Part shown: positions 28,350-43,025 of the stretch, in pieces
Layout of the letters: every line of letters starts with the position of its first letter
Position numbering within the stretch: position 1 is the first letter of the stretch
DNA from: Eledone cirrhosa
Lineage: Eukaryota
Assembly: GCA_964016885.1 (NCBI GenBank)
Contig: OZ024752.1
Coordinates: 10,230,001-10,294,000 of the forward strand
Length of the DNA stretch: 64,000 nt
Direction of reading: 5' to 3'
Notes under the pieces: model-generated
The model's input: only the letters and a program-made list of their open reading frames with translations
Told to the model about the DNA's origin: nothing
Database searches by the model: none
Translations under genes and position numbers: made by a program

Positions 28350-28745
28350 AGCAATCACAAACACAAGGTTCTAAAAACCTTCGCTATGTACAAACCACTT
28401 CCTCCCTAGGGACAACTGACGCTGACACCAGAGCCGAACTCCCACTGTCATCGCTTACATCTGTCACCCACCTCAACCTCATCTCTCTGTACTATGAGCA
28501 AATAGGAACAAATATGCTGGACGCCCCACGACCCTGGCGGAGAGATTGGAGAAGGCCTTTCCCCGGAGGATGGTAAAGGAGATGTGCTGGAAGAACCATT
28601 CTAACTCGCGAGACACACACCTGTGGCTATCCAGCTCAGAGCCTATCGTGGTAAGTAGGGAGGTAGCCCTAGTGCCAAGGACAGAAGAAATCTCCACTGG
28701 TAGGGAACAACGGAAAAGCTGTCGGAGAGAGACAGATTGCATGCT
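28350..28745 (-). mobile_element. CRE-like family A 3' fragment
   Basis: LGTRATSLLTTIGSELD...RELEWFFQHISFTILRGKAFSNLSA. Confidence 0.75.
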
Positions 28746-29423
28746 ACGTTAGGCATAAATAGACTAGCAGGTTCTTCCATTTTATGAAAAAATGGAACAC
28801 ACATCATCAAATATGGAGAATATGATTCCAAGCATTACTCACCCATATATTGAACTATGTTCGGTAATGTTTTAACAGAACCTATACAGCTATTCAGTTC
28901 ACATTACTGACGTATGTTTACATCAATTAAATATAATCAAAGACATCATATGAATAAATACTGTTTACAATTTCAATCATGCGTATCAACTAGAATTTTA
29001 AAATCTTTGTGATGTTCTCTATAGATGAATTGGTAAATTTATTTAAACAAAATAAGGGACGAGACCAACTTTAGTGCAACCAAGTTGTTATTGGTCTAGC
29101 TTTTCATACTACTATATAATTACAATTACTATATCATTTCATTTGACTGAAAACATTATAGTTTTAGGATATATAACCAAATGTTTTGAATAAGTTTTCT
29201 GGAAAAGAAATAAAATATGTAAGAACCTTTTCAATACTGATGAAAGAATTTCCTTCCAAAAAGCTTTTACATATATTATAATTCGATTATATGTCATGTT
29301 CGAATATACATATTTATGGGTACAGTGTGGGGTAGTGAATATTTAAGGGACTTTAAATACTATTGTGATTATATCTCGTTTCTATTTACAGTTAATGTGG
29401 TGTGGTAAAAAAAAATTAACACA

Positions 29424-29456
<33 letters not shown>

Positions 29457-29457
29457 C

Positions 29458-29670
29458 GTGAAGGCACGTGGCTGAGTGGTTAGAGTATTGGATTCGCAAT
29501 CATGAGTTCGATTCCCGGACCGGACAATGCGTTATGACCTTGGGCAAGACACTTTATTTCATGTTGCCCCTTCTACCTGGAATTGCGACCGTTAGATAGT
29601 ATTAGCAATTGGAAAGACAAATGGGAACATTGTTTCCTCGGTCCGATTGGACGAAAGTCGATCGACTGAT
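29458..29670 (+). mobile_element. SINE family 2b
   Basis: A-box TGGCTGAGTGG, B-box GAGTTCGATTCC, CCTTGGGCAAGACACTT, 3' GAAAGTCGATCGAC. Confidence 0.85.
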
Positions 29671-29724
29671 ATATATACACCAGCATGGAACACAATGGAA
29701 CCAAACTCCTGTCACTTCATCCTA

Positions 29725-29990
29725 GACTCCCACTCTCTCCATATCTCACTATCAGGAATAAATGCGGACCCACGTGCTGGCTGCCCCTCGGCCCCAGCAG
29801 ACAGAATAGAGAATGCGTTTCCTCGGTGGATGGAGATAAAGCCGCGCTGAAAGAGACATTCCTGCTCCCGAGGTGCACACCTACGTGTAACCAGTGCTGT
29901 GTCGATGATGGTGAGTAGAGAGCTGGTTGTTGGGCCAAGGGCACTAGAATTCTCCATTGCTACAGCGCGACCGCAAAACTCTCGGTGAGC
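29725..29990 (-). mobile_element. CRE-like family A 3' fragment
   Basis: ALGPTTSSLLTII...PREQECLFQRGFISIHRGNAFSILSAG. Confidence 0.78.
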
Positions 29991-30329
29991 GGGCGATGTA
30001 TTGAATCTTATAAATTATTGACTGAAACGAAATATTTCGATAATAAAATTTAATTTTCATAAATGAGTAGATTTATAAAATATATAATAAATATGTTGTA
30101 ATGAATCACATTTGAGAATATTAATGTTCACAAACGAAACACGTTAATACTCTGCAGCTATGAGTAATATGTTGTTAAACAAACATTAGCGTTCTGATCG
30201 TCTTAATCAGAAGAATGTTTGTTATTATAACTAGATTTGTAATATCATATTCGCATTACATATTAAATTAATTTAAATCAAATTTTGTCTAGCACTAAAT
30301 ATTGATTTTTTAATCCAAATATCATAGAA

Positions 30330-30620
30330 TTTTTCATTAATGTCTTCTTTGAAACGTAACCTCCTGCTAACGTTGACCACATTTTAAAATATAGAATCGG
30401 TGGCATGGAATCTTTCCTGTTACAATACCAATCACAAAGGATTAGGCATGCTGTCAGTTTAGGTGCGAACAGGATACCAAAATCCTTCATGTATATCCAG
30501 CTCCATGATGGAAGGAGAAACGTGAGAACACCAGGGCTAGGGTGAATGATACGCTCAAGCCTAACACGAAATCATCAAAAATTCCTTCAGAAATATTTGA
30601 AAGATCTGCGTTGCATCTAA
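30330..30620 (+). mobile_element. Highly decayed RTE LINE fragment
   Basis: MESFLLQYQSQRIRHAVSLGANRIPKSFMYIQLHDGRRNV resembles RTE QLRWxGHVxRM..RIPK..LYGEL..GKR. Confidence 0.6.
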
Positions 30621-30627
30621 CTATAGA

Positions 30628-30973
30628 CAGTCGATCGACTTTCGTCAAATCAGACCCTGGAAACAATGTTTCCATTGGTCTTTCCAATTGCTAATACTAT
30701 CTATTGGTTGCAACTCCCGGTAGACGGAACAACATGAAAAAAAGTGTCTTGCCCAAGGACATAACGCATCTTCCGGTCCGGCAATCGAACTCACAACCTC
30801 ACGATTGCGAATCCAATTCTCCAACCTCTCAGCAACGCGCCTTCACGATTCAGCCACGCGCCTTCACGACTCAGCCACGCGCCTTCACGACTCAGCCACG
30901 CGCCTTCACGACTCAGCCACGCGCTTTTACGACTCAGCCACGCGCTTTTACGACTCAGCCACGGGCCTTCACG
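30628..30973 (-). mobile_element. SINE family 2b with a 21-bp head repeated about 7 times
   Basis: Reverse complement of 29458-29670; (CAGCCACGCGCCTTCACGACT)n at about 30830-30973. Confidence 0.88.
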
Positions 30974-31962
30974 CATCTAAATGTATGGGGATTAATCTGT
31001 CGTAAAGCCAGAACAATTGATATAGTAAGCAGATTGGAGCATCTTCAATGATTCAGAGTGTAACAGTCTAACTATGGCTCCTTTCTCATTCGACCTTAAA
31101 CCAATCAACGGTTTGCAAACTAGAACTCCTGTCGATATAAGTGTCATAAACATCAAAACCAGAAGAAGCGAAATATAGATGTTGGATCCTCATACATGGA
31201 AATGTTCTACAAGAGAATCCATTAATATATTGTAATATATAATAATATAATGGAATAAATATAATATGATATTATATGCATAGAAATACACAAAGACGCA
31301 AGTACTCAAACAAACACACACATGATTACAGATGCATACATATACACACACACACACACACCCACACACATATATATATATATATATAATATATTACACA
31401 GTGTTACGCGATAAATAATGCACTGATATGGTTTCCATTTTCTTGAATGAAAATTGTATTACTGTATGAATCTATTAAATCAGAAAAGGATGTTTGTATC
31501 ATCCATTTCTTCTTGAAATCTGCAATCCATGCACAATGCAATCATGAATATAGCATTCAACAAAGATATGCATATTCATGTCAATAATGCATATGTATAA
31601 TTTCATATATTTCTCCAATACATAGAAAAGTGTCCATGCTTCGACGTCTTTTTCTTCAGTGATCCACCCACGGAAAGTAAAGCGTTTGCTTTTTTGGCGT
31701 GGGTGGGGTTAGAATATATGCAGCTCGTCACGTCTGTATACTTATAGATTTCTCGGCTGAGTGCAGCAGTTGTGCCAACCCATTGCCGGATTAATTATAG
31801 ATTATCTGGGAAGCCACTGATGCACACGACGGCGATGTTTTAGAATTAAACAATGTCGCCGCATGAACTACTTCTTGTGATGAGAAAATCAAGATTTTTT
31901 CAGTAAATGAACAAATTTGAAAGAATGAAAGAATTATAAGATTATATATATATATATATATA

Positions 31963-32176
31963 TTAATTAAAACAACAGATTAAAGTTTAAGCAAAGAATC
32001 GCTACTTTCACCCTTAACGGGATCTTCTGAAACTAAAAAAAGTATATCTGTGAACGCTAGTGTAAATGGCGATACTTTGCTTAAACTTTAATCTGTTATT
32101 TTAATAAATATTTGCTCTACGGTTCTTATATATTTGATATATATATATATTATCCTTATCGAGCCCTCTTTGGATT
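31963..32176. mobile_element. Fold-back element, same family as 58658-58830
   Basis: Arms AACAGATTAAAGTTTAAGCAAAG / CTTTGCTTAAACTTTAATCTGTT, then a tail; (TA)n on the left. Confidence 0.75.
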
Positions 32177-32464
32177 TTAGTCTTCAAATTTATTATGAAA
32201 AACAAGATGGCGTAGGACAGAACAAAGGAGAGGCACACAACAAAGAAAATCATCCCCGGTCACTGATGAGGTCACAGACTGTGTGACGAAAGACCTTTGA
32301 CAATATATGAACAACTGTCTGGTTGTGGAACCAACCAACCAACCGGAAATGTATAATGCATTGGAGTGAAAGCAACTGGTGCGTGTCTTTCTTATTGGCA
32401 ACATGACCCTCCTAAAGTATAACAATATATATATATATATATATATATATTTTCTTTTTTTTGT

Positions 32465-32680
32465 TGATCGACTTTCCTCAAAGCGGACCGAGGAAACAAT
32501 GTGTCCGTTGGTATTTCCAATTGTTAATACTATCTATCGGTCGTAACTCCAGGCAGACGGAGCAACGTGAAATACAGTATCTTGCTCAAGGACATAACGC
32601 ATCGCCCGGTCCAGGAATCGAACCGACAACATCACGATTGCGAATCTGCTTCTCTAACCAATCAGCAACACGCCTTCACG
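32465..32680 (-). mobile_element. SINE family 2b
   Basis: Homologous to 29458-29670. Confidence 0.85.
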
Positions 32681-32715
32681 TTCATATATATATGTATGTG
32701 TTAAAAAGTTAAGGG

Positions 32716-32883
32716 AACACAAACATGATATAGACATTTCCCCCTTCATCAGTTGCCTACTACGGGTCACGGATGATGCAGCGCATTGAAACATCCATCA
32801 CCCGTAGTAGACAACTGATGAAGGGAAATGTATATATCTTGTTTGTGTTATCAGTTAACACTACCCCTCACCCCTCACAATCC
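32716..32883. mobile_element. Fold-back element
   Basis: Arms about 32716-32775 and 32791-32849, short tail, then (TA)n. Confidence 0.7.
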
Positions 32884-32906
32884 ATATATATATATATATA
32901 TATATA

Positions 32907-33142
32907 TAGGAACGAGTAGGACCCCGACGGCTGAGCTCAAGCCGTTTCGACGGCTAATTCTGAACTAAATGAACATTTTTATTTAGATAAAAATGTTTCA
33001 TTTAATCAAGAATTAGCCGTCGAAACGGCTTGAGCTCAGCCGCCGGGGTCCTACTCGTTCCTATTACCCACTCTACTACCCTAAGTATTGAGTACTTTGG
33101 TGCGTTATGGTCCACCTGGTTCCTTACCAGGTTTCCTTCGTT
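32907..33142. mobile_element. Fold-back element carrying the 3' half of a hammerhead
   Basis: Near-perfect palindrome 32907-33063 with GAAA-CGGCT..AGCCG-TC; roughly 80-nt tail; (TA)n on both sides. Confidence 0.8.
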
Positions 33143-33157
33143 ATATATATATATATA

Positions 33158-33352
33158 AGTTTATCCCGGGTTCAATCGGGGGTAACCACAGTAAGCAAGG
33201 TACTCAATACAAAACAGAGTATAAATATTTAATATAGAAAAGCTACAGGACTACAACTGTTTCATTCGTGAGAAATTATCAGGAGATTCCGGATGATTTC
33301 TCACGAATGAAAAAGTTCCATTTCTGTAGAAGCTTTTCTATATTAAATATAT
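33158..33352 (-). mobile_element. Fold-back element with a degenerate hammerhead
   Basis: Arms about 33230-33285 and 33290-33350; minus strand has CTGATAA-tttctcacgaat-GAAACAGTTGTA. Confidence 0.7.
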
Positions 33353-34155
33353 ACATACTGGTATATATATATATATTTCTTCTTGTAAGATAGAAGGATA
33401 TGCAACGCTCCAACTCATCCGAGAAATAATCCACTGAATCGACGATCTCTTTCTTGAATGAGACCCAAGATAAATCTATTGGATGCTCATGAGTGGGACA
33501 TTTTAAAATGAGAATACTTGAGATCAGCAGAGGACGGTCAGCACGTTCACTGGTGTAGTATCAAGTATCATTAACAAAAGAAATTAGATAGTAATAATTG
33601 GAACCCTTTTGACTAGAGAAAAATTAAAACAGGGAGAAGATGAGAAGATGGGCGCAAATTTCATAAAAATGACTTACAAGTTGAACCGGGGGGGGGGGGT
33701 ATCGTATTAATCAGTAGCACCTCTTGAACATAAACAATATATACAAACATAAAAAAACTGTATAGAAGTTATGTAGATGTTTAAACCTAACTACTTGATA
33801 TATCAATTTCATCAGTGGTATTTTCACATACTTTCAATATATAGTAAGAATCAAAAATTGAAATAATATGTTACAAACAATCTTAGGACAGGAAATATTT
33901 AAGATATATCTAATTCTAAATACTATTATATTTTAATGATTATTTATTAACGAAATCTTGATTCTGACAATTGAAAATTACTCCATCAGACTGCGACCAT
34001 GCTAGGAGAACGCCATGAATTTAAATAATATCTACTTAACTGATATATGAGGGGTGGTTTTTATATCAGCCATCACTATTAACGGAGATTTAAGTTACGG
34101 AACAGAATCATGGTAACACATATACACACAGACACTGATTTATACAGGTGGTGTG

Positions 34156-34204
<49 letters not shown>

Positions 34205-34213
<9 letters not shown>

Positions 34214-34999
34214 TTACACAGAGAGAAGTGTGTTACACAGTGAGATGTGTGTAAAGAATTATTACATGTGAGTTTAACCTGTAGATAGTGTTCTCTATAC
34301 AGTAACGGTTAAACTCACATGTAATAATTCTTTACATACATCTCACTGTGTAACACACTTCTCTCTCTGTGTAATATATTTGTATTTGAGCTCAGATGAA
34401 AATTCTCTGTTCTTCTTTGAGTTAATATTATTATTACTGTGAACTGCGGAATACTCTAATTCCGATCCTTGTATATTTAACGGGCTCCAAATTGTTGAGC
34501 TTACACATTCGAATGGTTGGGCTGCTCTCTCTAGCATTTTCCCCAACTCATGAGAGCCCTTATATGAGGCAAATAACACGTGATTTCGCCCTACTCTTGG
34601 CAGCGTGTATATTTGCTTTCTCTCTAACCATTAGTCTAGGTGTGTGGTGAACAACACCCATACTTGCTGACTGAGTAGCCTGTGGGCTGTTAAACTGCAC
34701 ATTGCTGTGGCGACACGAACTAAATTCGTTTCAGCAAACTTATAGTTATAAGATTGGTAATTTAAAACTCTACTTCAGAGATTTGATTCTGACATAGTTT
34801 TTTTCTATTTAATTGCTAACCTGTAGGGATTGTTCTCCATACAGTAACGGTTAAACTCACATGTAATAATTCTTTACACACATCTCACTGTCTAATATAT
34901 TTGTATTTGAGCTCAGATGAAAATACTCTGTTCTTCTTTGAGCTAATATTATTATTACTGTGAACTGCAGAATACTCTAATTCCGATCCTTGTATATTA
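34205..34999. mobile_element. Non-coding element with a 5' inverted repeat and a roughly 540-bp-period direct repeat
   Basis: 34210-34280 is inverted at 34307-34378; 34276-34480 is repeated directly at 34817-34999. Confidence 0.75.
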
Positions 35000-35132
35000 A
35001 GAGTTACGGCCCTTTATGGTCTGAGTTCAAATCCCGCCGAGGTCAACTTTGCCTTTCATCCTTACGGGGTCGATAAAATAAAGTACCAGTAATGCACTAG
35101 GTAATTGCTGGCTTTGTGCCAAAAGTAGAAAC

Positions 35133-35137
<5 letters not shown>
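34999..35137 (+). mobile_element. SINE family 1, 5'-truncated
   Basis: Matches the other family 1 copies. Confidence 0.9.
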
Positions 35138-35168
<31 letters not shown>

Positions 35169-35807
35169 TCACACATATATGCACATACCTGTGTATGTAT
35201 GGAGGGAGAAAGAGAGAGAAAGAGTGTGCGTGTGCGTGCGTGTGTGTGTGAGTGTGTGCATACATACATTTATGAATCAGCTATACTAGGGCAATATAAA
35301 ATGCTAATATATATATACACACACACACACATATATATATACGTACATATATATATATATATATATAAATGTATATATATATATAATTGGTAGTAGAACT
35401 AAGAGAGCGTTTAAGCATATTAGAGATGTACATTAACATATTTATAAAGATATATGATACCTTTATATACAATAACAAATGGGTTACCTAGCAATCGAAG
35501 AAAATAATTTTTCTTTACCAAAACAATTTTTTTTTTCTTGGTTTTCCTCTGTGAATATATCAGAGTTGCCATTAGGTTTTGACAAGGTTAGAAAATATTG
35601 TTTTATATGTACAAGGTATATATACAATATATATGTGAGTGTGTGCCTATATATGCAGGTATACATAGACGTGAACGCATGTATGTATATGAATGCAGCT
35701 TGACCGGATAGTTAAGGTATTCACTTTCTAGTAACTTCGTGTCACTGTTTTCATTACTGCACTAGGGCTTTGCTGAACGCAACCACAAGGATATAGTCCG
35801 ACGGTGG

Positions 35808-35985
35808 AAGAGCCGAACTCCCACTGTCATCGCCTCCATCTCTCTCGCCCTCTCCATCTCTCCGTATTATGAGCAAAAGCTGTCGGAGAGCGACCGGTAC
35901 TTGCAGAGTTTGGCCTCCTCAGCCGGACGTGCAGCAGGATCTGGGTTAGTCTCAGACTGCACCAGGCTGCGGCTGGAGAAAGTGT
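35808..35985 (-). mobile_element. CRE-like family A fragment between two copies of a roughly 120-bp repeat (35605-35725, 35995-36118)
   Basis: AGAGCCGAACTCCCACTGTCATCGC and AAAAGCTGTCGGAGAG are shared with 28430-28730. Confidence 0.65.
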
Positions 35986-36785
35986 CGCTGTTGTATATGT
36001 ACGAGGTATATATCTACAATATATATGTGCGTGTGTGCCTGTATATGCAGGCATACATATACGTGAACGCATGTATGTATATGAATGCAACTTGGACGGA
36101 TGGTTAAGGTATTCACTTCTCAGTTATGATCCAGGTTCGAACTCGCTGCCTGGTATCTTGGCCAGGTATCATTTACCTTAACGATGGATCCATCTAAACT
36201 TTCTGAGCTAACCTGTGTAGGCAGAATTTATTTGGAAGTCTGCCGGTTGGATTGTAAGTGAATTATTCTGAATCTCCCTGAGAAATACTTTAAGGATATA
36301 CGTATCTGTGTAATGCTCAAGCAGTTACATAATAATTCCATGAGCAGATGATTCTCTTGATCGTACAACTAGAATATTATTATCGAAACTGTAGTTAATC
36401 TAATCTATTCCATATATAGATGAAAGAAATGTTAAAAAAAAATCTACCATAAACCTAATTAAGTTTTTCTCTTGAAATATGTTGCTCCTCTTTGCTACCC
36501 CCAACTCCCCCTCTCTAGCACACCACACACACACTTCCTCACGCATTCACCCATGCACTAGATCTCAGGAAAATATCTGTATAATTCATATAATTCAAAT
36601 GCAACATTTCAGGGATTTCATTTCGATAAAAGATTAGCTGATAATTATAGACAGATATTCTTGGAAAAGACTAATGTGGATAGATATTACACATTTTATA
36701 TCCACGAACCTCTATTATACATTCATAAAAAGGACTGAGCAATATATAAAAAGGTTTAGAGCAATATATAAAAAGGTTTAGAGCA

Positions 36786-38401
<1,616 letters not shown>

Positions 38402-38415
38402 TATATATGAATATA

Positions 38416-38454
<39 letters not shown>

Positions 38455-38461
<7 letters not shown>

Positions 38462-39284
38462 CAGGAAAATACTTAATAGAAACAATATCAAAGTATCCTT
38501 CTTTACCACCCCCAATATAGCTGACATCATAGGAGCAACTAATCACAGCACCTTAGCACATATACATCTAGACCCCACAACAATACTAATAACCTTAACA
38601 ACTCCGTAACAGCACCAAATAGTGTTGGTGGCATCCCCGGCAGACGAAACCCACATAACCAAGGCGAGACTGGGGAATATACTGATGACCGGCACGGGAA
38701 ACCCACCGGCAAAAGAACGGGCTGCAGCGTGCGGAGTGATTATGGTACAACACCGCACGCCTCGACCGATGACCGATGACATAGATAACAACATAGGTAG
38801 CAATAGTAATAGCATTACTTCAGGAACTAGGAGCGACCGTGACAGAAAATGTAACTGTCGTGACAGGGGGGGGGGGGCTCCCCTCTCAGGGGAAACTGCC
38901 TGACTGATGAGGTTATTTATAGGTGCACCGTAACTAGCCATAATGGAGTTAAACACTATATAGGGGCCACCTCTGGCCAGTTTAAAACGAGATTTAGAAC
39001 ACATTTCCACTCTTTCAGAAAAGAAAAATCTAAGGCACTCCACGTCACTTGCCAACTACGTCACCACATTACAAGACGCCAACATCAGCTTCTCCACACA
39101 CTGGGATATTGTCGGTAGGGCTGCACCCTACAATTTCAAGAGGAAATGCGAGCTCTGCCTCATGGAGCTTTACTACATCATCAGAACACCCCACGAGCTC
39201 ATAAACAGCCGAGCGGAATCAGTCATAAATTGTAGACACCGAGTGCAGGCGTCGTACTTTGCCTGGGAAGCGACTGCGGCATGA
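38455..39284 (+). pseudogene. Penelope-like element ORF 3' part: RT thumb, Cys linker, GIY-YIG endonuclease
   Basis: YRKILNRNNIKVSF..PNI, KCNCR, PLRGNCL, VIYRCTV..HYIGATSGQFKTRF..H, CELCLME..LINSRAE..CRH, TGA at 39282-39284. One stop at 38607 and a frameshift in the poly-G run. Confidence 0.92.
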
Positions 39285-41372
39285 CAACTATAAACTGGGT
39301 CCACTTGCCCTAACCATAACACCCCGGTGGGCAGGCGGTATAAACAAACATCGGAACCAAATGTACATCGCAGACCCTGCTCGAACAAGCATTAGTGAAG
39401 CAACACCCATTAAATAATAAATGTGAATCCCAGACCCAACTTAAACCGGCACTAGTGAAACAACAACCATAATATAAACATACAAAACACCATCATATGG
39501 TATAAAAAAACAAGTGGGACCAGATTCCTTTGCGTAATATTCCATGTAATGTGAAATATGTACGATGCTGAGCATTAAATATAGATTGGCGTGCTAAAAT
39601 GACATTTAAAATCTCACAAGAAATAAATTATTCTTAATATAATGATCTACGTTTCCTATACCGATTACTGTCTATTTCCCATCCATAAATACAACCTCTG
39701 GTGAGGTTCGTTGATTAGATTAATCAATACACACGGATGCCTTAGCTCTTAAATTCATTTGAAATGTATTGAAAAATGATTATGATACGAAAGTGAAGAA
39801 TTAACGCTAACATTTAGATTAATTGCAAAGTTATATTACAGCAGATACTACATTAATATACTGCTCGGTAATTTAGAATTTAAAATTAGGCTCATAAATA
39901 TCTTTTATATATGTGAGTTAATTCATTGAGTAATGCGACTGGTTTCATCATTTGCATTTCCATTGCTATATATTATTTCAAGAGGAATTAGCCCACATCA
40001 GAATGTTGGCACCTATTCATCATTTGCATATTAATTTACATCCAACGGAAAATTTGTAATAAATTAAAATGAAATCAAATAGGTGCATGTGTCTTGTTTG
40101 GCAGTATGACCCTCCAAATTTAAATTATATCTTTCTAAATGACATCCCTTTTAAATGATTTTCTAAATGATATTTTGATATTTTCTATTTGATAAATATT
40201 TATGTAATGGTTTTAGTGATGTTTTCTGAATATACTTTTAATGTCTGGAATATTTCTTCCTAATAGACTATATTGACAACAATACATATATATGCTTAAT
40301 ATCACTAACATATGCATAAATATAAGGAATGCTATCTAAATACATATAGAACATAATTTTTAACTTAGCAAATATGTAATATATAATACTGTAAAATCAT
40401 ATATAAAATAATATATATTTTTTACCTATATTTTATATATATCTGAATCGGTAAATATAAATATTTTAACTAAAAAATATTGGAGTTATCTTTTCATTTA
40501 TAATGTAACACGCTTAAACATTTTTTCTAAGTAACAACTAAACTTTACATAAATATTAAAATTGTTTTCTATGATTTTCGTTAACTTAGTAAATTGTAAA
40601 TGTATTCCTATCTTGATGCAAATATTGAATGTACAAAATAATCTTCTATAATAAAATAGAACTACTTCCTTTTTCTTAAATATATATTGAAAATGTAAAC
40701 AGGAAATTCCTCGTAACTATTCACATATAAACGCATTAAATCTATTAATAAAAACAACATATATACTCACTAAAATTATTTATATAAATATTTATATAAA
40801 TAACCTGTTCTAATATAACAAAATAAAATATACTTACAACCCTAATTCTTCATAAAATATACTTATAAATATTATCTCAATAATACAAAACTCAATATTA
40901 GAATAGACCCAATAATTAGTAGTATCTCTGGTTTTTTTAAATTTGATATTCTACCACTTCAACACATTCATAATTCTCATATTATATTATAAACACTACC
41001 AAAGTATATAATTATATAATTAAATAAATAAATATAATTATTTCACACTCTTTACACCATAACTAATACGATTCATACATTTATATATTAATAATAATAG
41101 TCTATTTCTAACTATAATATATATTTTTTCTTATAATCTTTCTCTTAAATTTTCTTACACCCTAATATTAACCTCTCTCTCTTATTCTCTTAAAAAATAA
41201 AACTAATAATTATTTAAATTTACCTAGCGCCTAAATATAACGGTCTTTCTCAACTTTACATTACCCTAATTAACACATTCATCCTAAGATTTGAATTTCT
41301 TTCGCTATTCAAACAGAACTTAAAACGATAAGTTCTTGTTCTTGAATATGTCAATATCTATAAAACAACTTT

Positions 41373-41436
41373 TGTATTTTATCTGATGAGGGCGTACCAA
41401 AAAATGTTGGTACCTTTGAAATATATATAAAATAAA
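41373..41436 (+). ncRNA. Hammerhead motif in the presumed 3' terminal repeat of the Penelope element (helix III register shifted)
   Basis: TATTTTAT-CTGATGA-GGGcGTACCAA..TTGGTACcTTT-GAAA-TATATAT-AAAATA; homologous to the 16.9 and 43.3 kb motifs. Confidence 0.65.
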
Positions 41437-41476
41437 TATGGTTTTATAAAGATAGTTTCCATTTATTAATAATATT

Positions 41477-42582
<1,106 letters not shown>

Positions 42583-42585
42583 AAT

Positions 42586-42987
42586 ATTATTAGAAATGTT
42601 AGCTATCGCCGTATTTTGACTAAAGAAATTAAAGAAATTAAAGAAATTATTTAGCCTGATAGTGGGGTTAAGAACCCTCGGAGAAATGGAAAAAGATGAG
42701 TATTGACGTACATAAAATATTCTTACTTGACATTAGAGTCGCTAAGTTTCTAATTTGAATGGAAAAAGACGGGTGATGTGTTGGTGTAAATGGTAGCACA
42801 GTGGTCCAGATAACCAAAGATGTGGGTTCGACTCCCTTGTACGTCAATACTCATCTTTTTCCATTTCTCCGAGGGTTATTAACCCCACTATCAGGCTAAA
42901 TAATTTCTTTGATTTCTTTAGTCAAAATACGGCGATAGCTAACATTTCTAATAATTTCAAATCCACTCGTTGTTTCGAAAATATTCT

Positions 42988-42990
<3 letters not shown>
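42586..42990. mobile_element. Fold-back element, about 120-bp arms around a roughly 125-nt loop
   Basis: 42586-42712 is the reverse complement of 42838-42954; short tail; microsatellite on both sides. Confidence 0.82.
42774..42847 (+). tRNA. tRNA-like cloverleaf (pseudo-tRNA or Pol III cassette)
   Basis: Acceptor TGATGTG/TACGTCA, D arm GTGT-AAATGGTA-GCAC, anticodon arm TGGT-CCAGATA-ACCA, T arm GGG-TTCGACT-CCC. Confidence 0.55.

Positions 42991-43021
<31 letters not shown>

Positions 43022-43025
<4 letters not shown>

Noticed and set aside
29458-29520. SINE heads as tRNA genes
   Set aside because: A and B boxes are present but run into SINE bodies without an acceptor stem.
30830-30973. CRISPR-like regular repeats here and at 55.1 and 63.2 kb
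   Set aside because: No unique spacers and a eukaryotic context; these are plain tandem repeats.
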